This document shows positions 1-15,976 of a stretch of 64,000 bases of DNA, piece by piece. The stretch is from the NCBI GenBank assembly GCA_012295275.1, contig CM022668.1, forward strand, positions 13,640,001 to 13,704,000. Reading direction: 5' to 3'. The position numbers and the translations under genes are program-made. Within the stretch, counting starts at the first letter, position 1. Each line of letters starts with the position of its first letter. This DNA is from Chrysomallon squamiferum. Lineage: Eukaryota > Animalia > Mollusca. The notes beneath the pieces were generated by a model. The model was given only the letters and a program-made list of their open reading frames with translations, did not search any database and had not been told where the DNA came from.

Positions 1-224
1 ATAATAATAATAATAATAATAATAAAAATAACAATAATAATAATACTTTAAATAAAAGTATAAATAAATAAATATTTATTAGAGTAATAAACGTTTAGCA
101 TTGTGTAAATAAATAGCTGGTATCATTTCTACAAAGTAAATTATTTACACAGAACAGAGACTTCATCCTTAGAACTGTTTGTCGCTGAACTACGAAACAG
201 AAGAACGTATTAAGAAAGAGAGGC

Positions 225-300
<76 letters not shown>
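225..300. repeat. (AAT)n microsatellite
   Basis: Direct reading of the sequence. Confidence 0.97.
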
Positions 301-302
<2 letters not shown>

Positions 303-1499
303 CACAAAAACAAGAATAATCATCGTCAGCACCATCTTGATCATTATTGTTATCGTTGTTATCATCTTTATTGCTATTATCATCACCATCTTGATCATTA
401 TTGTTATCGTCGTTATCATCATTATTGCTATTATCATCATCATCATCATCATAATCAGGAACTCGTGATGTGTGTAAATGTCAACCAAAGCCTAAGTTAA
501 TGGATGAGGCATGTTCGAAATGTTCCCTTTGCAACCTTACGAAATTCTGTGTGTGTTCCACTGAGCATAAATAGGATTCGGGTGATCTGTCTAAAATGAA
601 ATGTTGTGTCATCTGCTCGCTGAGAAATAACAGAATTTCCACTCATGTATAATCGATACCTTTGACACTATTAGAATTTATAATTATTAATGCTAGTACT
701 TCAGAGCGTGCTATAAAACTATAAGAACAGTTGGATAATGTACTGTCAAAAGATTGACGATTTAAAATAAAGACTATATCATCTGCATACTGAAAAATAA
801 TATGATCTATTAGCATCTGTTATCTGTACCTTTGTCACCTTAGAATTTGTAAATAGTAATTCTAGTATTTTAGAGCATATTACAAAAAGAAAGTGAGAAA
901 GTAAATCGTTTAGTGTTTCTTCTCCTTATAAATTAGCACTGTCCCAAACATCCAATTTCTAAAACTGTCACCAATTATTTATTTTTAAAATTTTCATCCA
1001 AATTAAAAAAAAAAAATAATAATAATAAAAACTGATTTATTAATAAATTTTCAAAATATCTATATTTGTCTCGGTAAAGAGGACGAAAAAACTGAATCGA
1101 AAGCTTTCTCAAATTCCTGGTGTTTTACGATATTTTAAATATTGCATTACATCATATTAATTGCGCATTTTCATGTATAATATATATGCATTTAATAAAC
1201 TCAGTTTAATTTTTTTTTCTGTCTAAATCAGTTTTTACTCTATTTCCAATGCATTTGGAGGCAAATTTCTACAGACAGTTTATGATATAGTAATGTGTCC
1301 TCAGTTCTTTCAGAAGTTTTTTCATGTTATATTAGCTTTTGCAATACGAGCAATGATTTTTTTTAATTTTTCCGTAGGAGACATTTCTTTTATGTTTTAA
1401 CTATATTTAATGCATCTAACAATGGATTAGGTTATGACATCAATTACAGCCACTTTCAAATGACGATATTCGGGAACAACAACAACAACAACACTACTA

Positions 1500-1531
<32 letters not shown>

Positions 1532-1999
1532 ACTACTACTACTACTAATAATAATAATAATAACAATAATAATAATAAAATATCTGTACTTATATCAAAA
1601 ATGCTGCACTGCTCCACACAAGACAGTAAATAATAATAAAAAAGATGCTCCGACTAGGAGGGCGAAATTAAACGCTTACAATATTAAAATTCAAGGGAGA
1701 TCACTTAATTCTTCTCTTTTGTATTTTATTGTCACGAATTCTCGTCGTCAGCGTGTTAATGTATACACTTTTTTATTTTATTTTATTCTATTGTATTCAC
1801 AGTATTGTATTTTTATTTATTTATTTATCTGTTTTGTTCTTGTTGGTTGTTATTACTTTATTCTTGGCCTGCTGTTCTGGCTCTTAATGTAGTTTTATGT
1901 TTTTATTTTAATCTGTTGTGTCTGAATTTATATACAACCCCCCATACTCATTTTCACACACACACACACACACACGCTTTGATCATGGATAATATTTAA

Positions 2000-4900
2000 T
2001 AATTAATGATATTTATTTAATTAGTAAGTATATTATTATTATTATATAATTATAATTATTATTATTATTCTTTATGTTATTGTTGTTGTTTCTTTCTGCA
2101 CACACATATAATATATATTATATAATAATGTAATCTTCTTTCTTTATTACAGTAACCTGTCCCACTATTTATGTAGATTAATATTTACACAATAATTAGC
2201 ATTGATTCATTGATTTATAGTTCAGATAATCAAAAGCTTATGTTTCTTATTCATTAATTTAAAAAAATGTTAACGTTAATGTGCATCTATAATATATGTT
2301 GTGCTCTATGTACCGGGATGTATAACTTTTTAAATCATAAACATTGCTCTACCCCACTGTCTTTCTGTCTCAATTTTGATGTTTTTTTTCAGGAGTGGCT
2401 TTTGTTTCACTGATGTTATTATGTTCGTCTATAAACACTTCAAGCAACAAATGTTCTTTCTGTTAATGAAAAACTGGAGAGAAAAGATCCTTAGCTGAAG
2501 ACTGAAACAGAGTAAATCATGGGATGTAATCTAAGTTTGTTATTTTCATTCTCCCTATACGTCATCAAGTTAGTTTTGTTTTCTTCGCTGGAGTTTGACT
2601 AGTTTTGTTGTTGTTGTTGTTGCTGTTGCTGTGATTGTGATATTTAGTGGGAGTATTTTTATGACTATTATACTATTATTATTGTTGTTTTTATTTCTGT
2701 CTACACAGATGTATAGTAATGTATTCTTTTTTGATTACTGCAAAAATTTGTCTCACTGTTTATCTGCATACTTATTTGCAACTAGGACTTACAGAGTAAT
2801 TAGCACTGATTTATTTAATTTGATTATAATACAGATAACCAAAAATTTATGTTTCTGATTGATTTACCTTTGTATTTTGTAATATTAATGTGCATGAGTT
2901 AGATATGCTATACCAGTTATATAACTTTTCAAATGATAAACATTTCTCTACTCCACTGTCAAACTTTATGTCTTTCTGTCTCATTCAGTTTAATTTTGAT
3001 ATTTTTTCAGGAGTGGCTTTTGTTTCACTGATGTTATGTTGGTCTATAAACACTTCAAGCAACAAATGTTCTTTCTGTTAATGAAAAACTGGAGAGAAAA
3101 GATCCTTAGCTGAAGACTGAAAAAGAGTAATTCATGGGAGGTAATCTAAGTTTGCTATTTTCATTCTCCCTAAACCTCATCAAGTTAGTTTTGTTTTCTT
3201 CGCTGGAGTTTGATTAGTTTTGTTGCTGCTGCTAGAGTAGTTGTTGTTGCTGTTATGATTGTGATATTTAGTTGGAGTATTTTTATTATTATTATGTTAT
3301 TATTATTGTTGTTTTTTGTTTCTGTCTACACACATATATAGTAATGTAGTCTTGTTTGTTGTTACAAAAACTTCTCACTGTTTATGTGCATACATATTTG
3401 CCACTAGGATTTAGAGAATAATTAGCACTGATTTATTGATATTGGTGTTTAATACAGCTAATCAAAAGTTTATGTTTCTGATTGATTTACCTTTATATTT
3501 TGTAATATTAATGTGCATTAGTTAGATATGCTATACCAGTAATATAACTTTTCAAATGATAAACATTTCTCTACTCCACTGTCAATCTTTATGTCTTTCT
3601 GTCTCATTCAGTTTAATTTTGTTAGTTTTTCAGGAGTGGCTTTTGTTTCACTGATGTTATGTTGGTCTACAAACACTTTAAGAGACAAATATTCTTTCTG
3701 TTAATGAAAAACTGGAGAGAGAAGATCATTTGCTGAAGACTATAATAGAGTAACCACACTGTAAGACTGTTATATTTTTCACTAATTGTCAGTTTGATGT
3801 TTTTACTATATGTATGATTCTATAAAACCACATATTATGAATCATAATTAGATTAATGTAACTTTCTGTCTCTGTTTATTTAGATATATAGATAGACATA
3901 TAAGATATATTAATGATTTCCCTGTTTATGTGTTTCTTTCTTTTCCCTGTTTCCATCAGTTATCTTGTTTTAAATATTAAAAATATTTCAGCATGTTCAA
4001 TAAGGGCTAATTTTGTTTTCTTTCATAAATGACACCAAAACAAAAAATGGTTAATTATACATTAAACAGACACAAATATTCACTGCAGTTATCAGACATT
4101 ACTTAATGACAACAAATAATAATAAGAATAATAAGAATAATAATAATAATAATAATAATAATAAGAATAAGAATAAAAATAATAATAAATATGCTCCAAC
4201 TGTAAGGGCGAAATTAATTGCCTATGATAGTGTAATTCATGGGAGGTAATCTAAGTACTTATTTTCATTCTCCCTAATCCTCATCAAATTAGTTTTGTTT
4301 TCTTTCCTGGAATTTGATTAGTTTTGTTGTTGTTGCTGCTGCTAGTGTAGTTGTTGTTGCTGTTGTTACGATTGTGATATTTAGTGGAGGTATTTTTATT
4401 ATTATTATGCTATTATTATTGTTTTTTGTTTCTGTCTACACACATATATAGTAATATATTCTTGTTTGTTATTAGAAAAACTTCTTACTGTTTATGTGCA
4501 TACATATTTGCCACTAAGACTTACAGAATAATTAATGTTGATTTACTGAATTAGGTGTATAATACAGATAATCAAAAGTTTATGTTTCTGATTGATTTAC
4601 CTTTATATTTTGTAATATTAATGTGCATTAGTTGGATATGCTATACCAGGTGTACTGACTTATAAAATGTTTCAAATGATAAAATCATAAATATGTCTCA
4701 CCTCCACTGTAAATCTTTGTGTCTTTCTCTCTCATTCAGTTTAATTTTGATCTTTTTTCAGGAGTGACTTTTCTTTCACTGATGTTATGTTGGTCTAGAA
4801 ACACTTTAAGAAAGAAATATTCTTTGTGTTAATGAAAAGCTGCAGAGAGACGATCCTTTGCTAAAGACTGAAATAGAGTAACCACACTGTAAGACAGTTA

Positions 4901-5237
4901 TATTTTTCACTAATTCTCAGTTTGATGTTTTTACTATATGTATGATTTTATAAAACCACATATTATGAGTCATAATCAGGTTAATGTCTCTCTCTGTCTC
5001 TGTTTATATAGATACATAGATAAGATATATGGATTATTTCCCTGTTTATGTGTTTCTTTCTTGCCCCTGTTTCCATCAGTTATCTTGTTTTAAATATTAA
5101 AAATATTTCAGCAGTTTCAATAAGGACTAAATTTGTTTTCTTTCATAATTCATACTGAAACAAAAAATGGTTAATTATACATTAAACAGACCCAAATATT
5201 CACTGCAGTTATGAGACATTACTTAATTTCAACAACA

Positions 5238-5290
<53 letters not shown>

Positions 5291-8200
5291 TTATAATAAT
5301 AAATGTGCTCCAACTGTGAGGTCGAAATTAATCGCCTACGATAGTGTAATTCATGAGAAGTAATCTAAGTTGTTATTTCATTCTCCATAATCCTCATCAT
5401 GTTAGTTTTGTTTTCTTCACTGGAGTTTGATTAGTTTTGTAGTTGTTGCTGTTGTTACAATTGTCATATTTAGTGGGAATATTATTATTATGATTATTTT
5501 TGTTTTTGTCTACACTCTCATATATAGTAATGTATTCTTGTTTATTATTACAAAAACTTGTCTCACTGTGTATCTGGCATACATTTTTTATTCCACTAGG
5601 TCTTACAAAATAATTAGCATTGATTTGTGGATTGAGGCCTATAATACAGATAACCAAAAGTTTAAGTTTCTGATTCATTTACCTTTATATTTTATAATAT
5701 TTATGTGCATTAGTTAGATATGCTATACCAGATGTACTGACTTGTATAACTTTTCAAATGATTAAAATTTCTCACCTCCATTGTCAATGTTTATGTCTTT
5801 CTGTCTCATTCAGTTTAATTTTGATCTTTTTTGCAGGAGTGGCTCTTCTTTCACTGATGTTGTGTTGGTCTATAAACACTTTAAGAAACATTTATTCTTT
5901 CCGTTAATGAAAAGAAAGAAACAATCCTTTGTTGAAGACTGAAATAGAGTAACCACACTGTAAGACACTTATATGTATCACTAATCATTGCCAATTTGAT
6001 GTTTATATTATATTTATGATTCTGCAAGACCATCTATTATACATCATAATTAGATTAAAATCTATTTCTGTCTCTGTATATATAGATAGCCAGATAGTTA
6101 TATGGATGATCACCCTCTTTATGTGTTTGTTTCTTTCCCCTGTTTCCATCAATTATCTTGTTTTAAATACTAAAAATATTTCAACAGTTTTAATAAGAAC
6201 TAATTTTGTTTTCTTTCATAAATAATACTAAATAAAAACTGGTTAATTATACATTAAACAGACACAAATATACACTGCAGTTACCAGACATTACTTAATG
6301 ACAAGAACTAATAATAATAATAAGAAGAAGAAGAATAATAAGAATCATAAGAATAAAAATAATAATAATAAATATTCTCCAACTGGGAGGGTGAAATTAA
6401 TCACCTACAATATTGTAATTCATGGGAGGTAATCTAAGTTGTCATTTTCTTCGCTGGAGTTTGATTAGTTTTGTTGTTGCTGCTGCTGCTAGTATAGTTG
6501 TTGTTGCTCTTGTTAACGATTGTGATATTTAGCAGGAGTATTTTTATTATTATTATTATTGTTGTTTTTTGTTTCTGTTTACACACACATATAGAAATAT
6601 ATTCTTGGTTGTTATTACAAAAATGTGTGTTACTGTTTGGACACATATTTGCCACTAGGACTTACAAAATAATAGAGCTAAACAAAACTTTATTTTTCTG
6701 ATTCATTTACCTTTATATTTTATGATATTAATGTGCATGGGTTAGATATGATATACCAGCTACTTAACTTTTCAGACGATAAATATTTCTCACCTCCACT
6801 GTTAATCTTTAAGTCTTTCTTTCGCAGTCAGTTTAATTTTGATCATTTTTCAGGAGTGGCTTTTGTTTCACTGATCTTATGTTGGTGTGTGAACACTTTA
6901 AGAAACAGATATGCTTTCTGTTAATGAAAAACTGCAGACAAAAGATTCTTTGCTGAAGACTATAATAGAGTAGCCACAGTGTAAGACTGTTATATGTTTC
7001 ACAAATCATTGTCAGTTTGATCTTTTGAGTATATATATGATTCTACAAAACCATACATTATCCATCACAATTAGATTAAAATATCTTTCTGTCTCTGTAT
7101 ATATAGATAGCCAGACAGATATATGGATCATCTCCCTCTTTATGTGTTTCTTTGTTTCCCCTGTTTCCATCAATTATCTTGTTTTAAGTATTAAAAATAT
7201 TTCAGCAATTTCAATAAGGACTAATTTTGTTTTCATTGATAAATGATACCGAAACAAAAACTGGTTAATTATACATTAAAGAGACCGAAATATTCACTGC
7301 AGTTATCAGACATTACTTGATTATAACAATAAATAACGATATCAATAAAAATGAAAATAATAATAATAATAATGATAATATTAAATGTTCTCCAACTGGG
7401 AGGGTGCAATTAATTTCCTAGGATTGTTTAATTCATGGGAGGCAATTTGAGTTTGTTATTTTCATTCTCCATAATCCTCATGAAGTTAGTTTTTTTTCAT
7501 TGCTGGTGTTTGATTAGTTTTTTTGTTGTTGCTGTTGTTACATTTGTGATATTTAGTGGTAATATTATTATTATTTTACTATTATTATTGTTGGTTTCAT
7601 TTCTGTGTACACACACATATTCAGTAATGCATTCTTGTTTCTTATTACAAAAGCCTGTCTCACTATGTATCTGGAATACATTTCTTTACCACTAGGACTT
7701 ACAAAATAATTAGCATTGATTTGCAGATTTATGCGTATAGTACAGATAACAAAAAGTTTATGTTTCTGATTCACTTACCTTTATATTTTGTAATATTACT
7801 GTGCATGAGTTGTATATGCCATGCCAGATATATACTGAGTTTTATCACTTTTCAAATGATAAACACTTCTCACCTCCACTGTCAATTTCTGTCTTTCTGT
7901 CTCATTTAGTTTAATTTTGATCCATTTTTCAGGAGTGGCTTTTGTTTCACTGATCTTATGTTGGTGTGTGAACACTTTAAGAAACAGATATGCTTTCTGT
8001 TTATGAAAAGCTGCAGACAAAAGATTCTTTGCTGAAGACTATAATAGAGTAACCACAGTGTAAGACTGTTATATGTTTCACAAATCATTGTCAGTTTGAT
8101 CTTTTGACTATATATATGATTCTACAAAACCATACATTATACATCATAATAAGATTAAAATCTATTTCTGTCTCTGCATATATAGATATATAGATAGCCA

Positions 8201-8415
8201 GATAGTTATATGGATGATCTTCCTCTTGATGTGTTTCTTTCTGTTCCCTGTTTCCATCAATTATCTTGTTTTAAACATTAAAAATATTTCAGCAGTTTCA
8301 ATAAGGACTAATTTTGTTTTCATTCATATATGATACCGAAAGAAAAAATGGTTAATTGTGCATTAAACAGACCCAAATATTCACTGCAATTACGAGACAT
8401 TACTTAATTTCAACA

Positions 8416-8457
<42 letters not shown>

Positions 8458-11400
8458 TAATAATAATATTAATTATAATAATAAATGTGCTCCAACTGTG
8501 AGGTCGAAATTAATCGCCTATGATAGTGTAATTCATGAGAAGTAATCTAAGTTGTTATTTCATTCTCTATAATCCTCATCAAGTTAGTTTTGTTTTCTTC
8601 ACTGAAGTTTGGTTAGTTTTGTTGTTGTTGCTGTTATGATTGTAATATTCAGTGGGAGTATTTTTATTATTAGTATGCTATTATTATTGTTGTTTTTTGT
8701 TTTTGTCTACACACATACATAGTGATGTATTCTTGTTTCTTATTACAAAAACTTCTCACTGTTTATCTGCATACATATTTGCCACTAGGACTTACAAAAT
8801 AATTAGCATTGTTTTATTGGTTTTGGTGTTTAATACAGATAACCAAAAGTTGATGTTTCTGATTGATTTATCTTTGTATTTTGTAATATTAATGTGCCTG
8901 AGTTAGATATGCTATACCAGTTATATAACTTTTCAAATGATAAACATTTCTCTACTCCACTGTCAATCTTTATGTCTTTCTGTCTCATTCAGTTTAATTT
9001 TGATCTTTTTCCAGGAGTGGCTTTTGTTTCACTGATCTTATGTTGGTGTGTGAACACTTTAAGAAACAGATATTCTTTCTGTTAATGAAAAAACTGCAGA
9101 CGAAAGATTCTTTGCTGAAGACTATAATAGAGTAGCCACAGTGTAAGACTGTTATATGTTTCACAAATCATTGTCAGTTTGATCTTTTTACTATATATAT
9201 GATTCTACAAAACCATACATTATACAACATGATAAGATTAAAATCTCTTTCTGTCTCTGTATATATAGATAGCCAGACAGATATATAGATGATCTCCCTC
9301 TTTATGTGTTTCTTTGTTTCCCCTGTTTCCATCAATTATCTTGTTTTAAGTATTAAAAATATTTCAGCAATTTCAATAAGGACTAATTTTGTTTTCATTG
9401 AAACAAAAACTGGTTAATTATACATTAAAGAGACCCAAATATTCACTGCAGTTATCAGACATTACTTGATTTTTAACAATAAATAATGATATTAATAAGA
9501 ATGAAAATAATAATAATAATAATGATAATACTAAATGTTCTCCAACTGGGAGGGTGCAACTAATTTCCTAGGATTGTTTAATTCATGGGAGGCAATTTGA
9601 GTTTGTTATTTTCATTCTCCATAATCATCATGAAGTTAGTTGTTTTTCATTGCTGGTGTTTGATTAGTTTCGTTGCTGTTGCTTTTGTTACATTTGTGAT
9701 ATTTAGTGGGAATATTATTATTATTATTATGCTATTATTATTGTTGGTTTCATTTCTGTGTACACACACATATTCAGTAATGTATTCTTGTTTCTTATTA
9801 CAAAAGCGTGTCTCACTATGTATCTGGAATACATTTCTTTACCACTAGGACTTACAAAATAATTAGCATTGATTTGCAGATTTATGCCTATAATACAAAT
9901 AACCAAAAGTTTATGTTTCTGATTCATTTACTTTTATACTTTGTAATATTAATGTGCATGAATTATGTATGCCATACCAGGTGTACTGAGTTATATAACC
10001 TTTCAAATGATTAACATTTCTCACCTCCATTGTCAATCTTTCTGTCTTTCTTCCTCATTCAGTTTAATTTTGATCTTTTTTCCAGGAGTTGCTTTTGGTT
10101 CACTGATGTTATGTTGGTCTACAAACACTTTAAGCAACAAATATTCTTTCTGTTAATGAATAAATGGAAAGAAAAGATCCTTTACTGAAGACTGAAATAG
10201 AGTAAGCTCACTGTAAGACACTTATATTTTTCACTAATCATTGTCAGTTTATATTATATATATGATTCTGCAAAACCATACATTATCAATCACAATTAGA
10301 TTAAAATCTATTTCTGTCTCTGTATATTTAGATATATAGATAGCCAGATAGTTATATGGATGATCTCCCTCTTGATGTGTTTCTTTCTGTCCCCTTTTTC
10401 CATCAATTATCTTGTTTTAAACATTAAAAATATTTCAGCAGTTTCAATAAGGACTAATTTTGTTTTCATTCATAAATGATACCGAAACCAAAAATGGTTA
10501 ATTACACATTAGACAGACCCAAACATTCACTGCAGTTACGAGACATTACTTAATTTCAACAAATAATAATAATACTAAGAATAAAAATTATAATAATAAA
10601 TGTGCTCCAATTGTGAGGTCGAAATTAATCGCCTACGATAATGTAATTCATGAGAAGTAATCTAAGTTGTTATTTCATTCTCTATAATCGTCATGAAGTT
10701 AGTTTTGTTTTCTTCACTGGAGTTTGGTTAGTTTTGTTGTTGTTGCTGCTGCTAGAGTAGTTGTTGCTGTTATGATTGTGATATTCAGTGGGAGTATTTT
10801 TATTATTATTATGCTATTATTATTGTTGTTTTTCGTTTTCGTCTACACACATACATATTCTTGTTTCTTATTACAAAAACTTCTCACTGTTTATCTGCAT
10901 ACATATTTGCCACTAGGACTTACAAAATAATTAGCATTGTTTTATTGATTTTGGTGTTTAATACAGATAACCAAAAGTTTATGTTTCTGATTGATTTACC
11001 TTTGTATTTTGTAATATTAATGTGCCTGAGTTAGATATGCTATACCAGTTACATAACTTTTCAAATGATAAACATTTCTCTACTCCACTGTCAAACTTTA
11101 TGTCTTTCTGTCTCATTCAGTTTAATTTTGATCTTTTTCCAGGAGTGGCTTTTGTTTCACTGATCTTATATTGGTGTGTGAACACTTTAAGAAACAGATA
11201 TGCTTTCTGTTTATGAAAAACTGCAGACAAAAGATTCTTTGCTGAAGACTATAATAGAGGAACCACAGTGTAAGACTGTTATATGTTTCACAAATCATTG
11301 TCAGTTTGATCTTTCGACTATATATATATGATTCTACAAAACCATACATTATACATCATAATAAGATTAAAATCTCTTTCTGTCTCTGTATATATAGACA

Positions 11401-12695
11401 GCCAGACAGATATATACATGATCTCCCTCTTTATGTGTTTCTTTGTTTCCCCTGTTTCCATCAATTATGTTGTTTTAAGTATTAAAAATATTTCAGCAAT
11501 TTCAAGAAGGACTAATTTTGTTTTCATTGATAAATGATACCGAAAGAAAAACTGGTTAATTATACATTAAAGAGACCCAAATATTCACTGCAGTTATCAG
11601 ACATTACTTGTTTTTAACAGTAAATAATGATATCAATAAAAATGAAAATAATAATAATAATAATGATAATATTAAATGTTCTCCAACTGGGAGGGTGCAA
11701 TTAATTTCCTAGGATTGTTTAATTCATGGGAGGCAATTTGAGTTTGTTATTTTCATTCTCCATAATCCTCATGAAGTTAGTTTTTTTTCATTGCTGGTGT
11801 TTGATTAGTTTTTTTGTTGTTGCTGTTGTTACATTTGTGAGATTTAGTGGGAATATTATTAGTATTATTATTGGTTTCATTTCTGTGTACACACACATAT
11901 TCAGTAATGCATTCTTGTTTCTTATTACAAAAGCCTGTCTCACTATGTATCTGGAATACATTTCTTTACCACTAGGATTTACAAAATAATTAGCATTGAT
12001 TTGCAGATTTATGCCTATAGTACAGATAACGAAAAATTTATGTTTCTGATTCACTTACCTTTATATTTTGTAATATTACTGTGCATGAGTTGTATATGCC
12101 ATGCCAGATATATACTGAGTTTTATCACTTTTCAAATGATAAACACTTCTCACCTCCACTGTCAATTTCTGTCTTTCTGTCTCATTTAGTTTAATTTTGA
12201 TCCATTTTTCAGGAGTGGCTTTTGTTTCACTGATCTTATGTTGGTGTGTGAACACTTTAAGAAACAGATATGCTTTCTGTTTATGAAAAGCTGCAGACAA
12301 AAGATTCTTTGCTGAAGACTATAATAGAGTAACCAGAGTGTAAGACTGTTAAATTTTTCACAAATCATTGTCAGTTTGATCTTTTTACTATATATATGAT
12401 TCTACAAAACCATACATTATCCATCACAATTAGATTAAAATCTATTTCTGTCTCTGCATATATAGATATATAGATAGCCAGATAGTTATATGGATGATCT
12501 TCCTCTTGATGTGTTTCTTTCTGTTCCCTGTTTCCATCAATTATCTCGTTTTAAACATTAAAAATATTTCAGCAGTTTCAATAAGGACTAATTTTGTTTT
12601 CATTCATATATGATACCGAAAGAAAAAATGGTTAATTGTGCATTAAACTGACCCAAATATTCACTGCAGTTACGAGACATTACTTAATTTCAACA

Positions 12696-12758
<63 letters not shown>

Positions 12759-13280
12759 TAATAATAATACAAATTATAATAATAAATGTGCTCCAACTGT
12801 GAGGTCGAAATTAATCGCCTATGATAGTGTAATTCATGAGAAGTAATCTAAGTTGTTATTTCATTCTCTATAATCCTCATCAAGTTAGTTTTGTTTTCTT
12901 CACTGAAGTTTGGTTAGTTTTGTTGTTGTTGCTGTTATGATTGTGATATTCAGTGGGAGTATTTTTATTATTAGTATGCTGTTATTATTGTTGTTTTTTG
13001 TTTTTGTGTACACATAGAAACAAGATTTCATCACTATGTATTATTACAAAAACTTCTCACTGTTTATCTGCATACATATTTGTCACTAGGACTTACAAAA
13101 TAATTAGCATTGTTTTATTGATTTTGGTGTTTAATACAGATAACCAAAAGTTTATGTTTCTGATTGATTTACCTTTATATTTTGTAATATTTATGTGCAT
13201 TAGTTAGATATGCTATACCAGTTATACAACTTTTCAAATGATAAACCTTTCTAACATCCACTGTTAATCTTTATGTCTTT
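2000..13280. repeat. Tandem array of a ~1.05-1.1 kb AT-rich unit (about 11 copies; the first two are ~620 bp) with dimer/tetramer higher-order structure
   Basis: Marker ggagtggcttttgtttcactgat recurs near 2392, 3010, 3632, 4761, 5836, 6853, 7932, 9014, 10085, 11142 and 12212. Confidence 0.92.
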
Positions 13281-14694
13281 ATTGCAATTTCAGGGTAATA
13301 ATTTAAATTGTTGATTTTTTTGTTACGAATTCTCATCCCCTTTCTTTTTTCTTTTTTTTTTTTTTTTTGATTAATGGATATTTACTGTTTTTATGAATTT
13401 TGGTCATTTTAACGGGTTTTTTTTGGATAAATTTTAGTAACCTTAATTGTTTTTTGTTTTTATGGATTTATTTAGGTATTTTTTGTTTTGTTTTATTTTT
13501 TTTCTCCATTTATAATGAATTTTTAATTTTTTTTTTATTGTTATTGTCCTTGATTTTGGTCACTTTAGTTGTCTTTGACGTTGTTGTCAATATTTGGTAA
13601 TTTCAGTTGTTGTTGTCATCGTCGATTTTGGTCATTTTTATTACCTTTGTCTTTGTCATTGATTATTGGTAATTGTGATTGTTGTTGTTGTCATGCATTT
13701 TGGTTGTTTTAGTCTTGGAGTTTTGTTACATTTGTTACTGTTGTTATCAGACTGGATTTTGGTCATATTTGTTATGGCTACTATGGTTCTGTATTTAGGT
13801 CGTTATAATTGCTATGGTGGGTGTTGTTGTTGTTGTTACTGTTGTTTTCGTAGATTTTCCTCATTTTTGGTTCTGACATTGTTATTGCTGTTGCTGTCGT
13901 GGAGGTAGTCATATCAACTGTTGTTGCTCTTCGAAATTTTTGTCATTACATTTGTTGTTGTTGTCGTTGTTGATTTGCATTTTTATCGTTTTTGTAGTTG
14001 TTGCTGTGGTTTTGAAATTTGCTCACATTGATTGTTATTGTACTCAGTGTTGTTTTCTTACATTTAGGCCATTATTTTGTTGGTTTTGTTCCTGTGTGCT
14101 TAATGTATTTGGAATTAGTTTTGTTGTTGTTGTGGGTTTTAATTATATTAATTATTCTTCTTGCTGTTGTCATGTATTTTGGTTTATTTACTTATTGTTG
14201 TTTGGTTGTTGTTGTAGATTTTTTAATATATTGGTTATTCTTCTTGCTGTTGTCATGTATTTCTGTTTATTTATTTATTGTTGTTTTGTTGTTGTAGGTT
14301 TTTGATATATTAATTATTCTTCTTGCTGTTGTGTATTTCTGTTTATTTATTGTTGTGTTGTTGTTGTTGTAGGTTTTTGATATATTAATTATTCTTCTTG
14401 CTATTGTCATGTATTTCTGTTTATTTTAGCGCTTTCTAAGTAAAACAAAGTAATACTTGGACCTTTCTGAAGTTGCACAGCCTTATTTTGAATATTTAGT
14501 TTGTGATGTAGGAACTATAAACCATTTATTTATTAGTTTATAGCTGGTTTTGCTTCCCACTATGACTTTCTTTATACTGTAACTGTATTTAATACATCTA
14601 ACAATACAATGGCCTAAGACTATGATAACACGATACCCGAATTTTGAGATGACCATATTACTCTGGGAACAATAACAAAACCAACACCACCACC

Positions 14695-14729
<35 letters not shown>

Positions 14730-15135
14730 TAAAAATAAAATATCAGTACTTGTATCATAAAGTGTTGCATTGGTTCACAGAGATTATAAATAAAAAAGGT
14801 GCTCCCACAAAGAGGGCGAAATTAAACGCGTACGATGTTGCAATTCAAGGGAGAGAACTTTTTTTCATTTTTTTTTCACGAACTCTCATTGTTAGCTTTT
14901 CTCGTCGCTGGAGTTTGATTACTTTTCTTGTTGTCGTTGTTGTTAGTTGTTGCTGCTATTGTTACTGTTCTGAAATATGGTCAAATTAAGTGTTATTTTC
15001 TGTCACTTTTTGTCTTTTTGTTTTAATGTTTTGTTTCTGAATTTACACACACAAGCATACACACACTTTCATCGTGGTGTTGTTAATACTTCATTCTTCG
15101 TTATATTTTGTTAACAAGTAGGTATGTTGTTGTTG

Positions 15136-15179
<44 letters not shown>

Positions 15180-15925
15180 TAGGTACCGGCATGCAATTTT
15201 TTTCTGACTTTAATTTCACATAATATGCAAAAACGATGAAAACACACAACAAATGATGACTATCTCTAGCGGTTACGAAGATATGTACAAATCGGTGCGA
15301 CAGGTATTTGGTTGGTTTTCAGCACTATTTTGGCTGATTAGCAGAAAGGGTTACTTTGGTCAACTGTAGTTTGAAAAGTAATTGAGAAAAAGGGCCGAAA
15401 ATCAACAAGAGTGAGGGGACCAACTTGCTAAATGATTTCAATGTTTTTCAGACCTGTATGTTTGTGTGTTCACAATAACATGATGAACATGCCAAAATCT
15501 TCAAAATGACTCATGGCAGAATGACTAAAAGTTCCAACAGACACTGTAGTTTCAGTTTTTGTCTTATTTGACAAATTCAACCTGTGTTGTGAACAATTTA
15601 TCAAGATCTTTCAAATGACATACTTGAATCTAACATTTTTAATAATGTTTTTTTTTTTTTTCTGAGAAGCCCATACAAAAAATTACCTTTTCAATTTATA
15701 TAGAACAGCACAGCTTTATTTACATAAGCAGCTTCAATTTTCACTCTATTAAATAATTTGTAGTAATAAGTTGAGATACTGTGATGTGTATATATCATAT
15801 ATATATAAATGTTACTTAAAAGGTCTACAAGCATTTGACATTTAACCATAATCCTTTGAAGTACATAAACTCGTCTAATCCTTGGAGTCAACTCCAGAAA
15901 GGTGTTGCAGGTATTAATTAGGGAC

Positions 15926-15976
<51 letters not shown>

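Noticed and set aside
95-488. Poly-Leu and poly-Ile ORFs (also 28257-28596, 29883-30146, 42948-43178)
   Set aside because: Translations of microsatellites with no other coding signal.
2595-13207. Recurring 60-96 aa ORFs in the 1.05-kb units as a small-protein family
   Set aside because: Stops and frameshifts differ among units in every frame and many starts are non-ATG.
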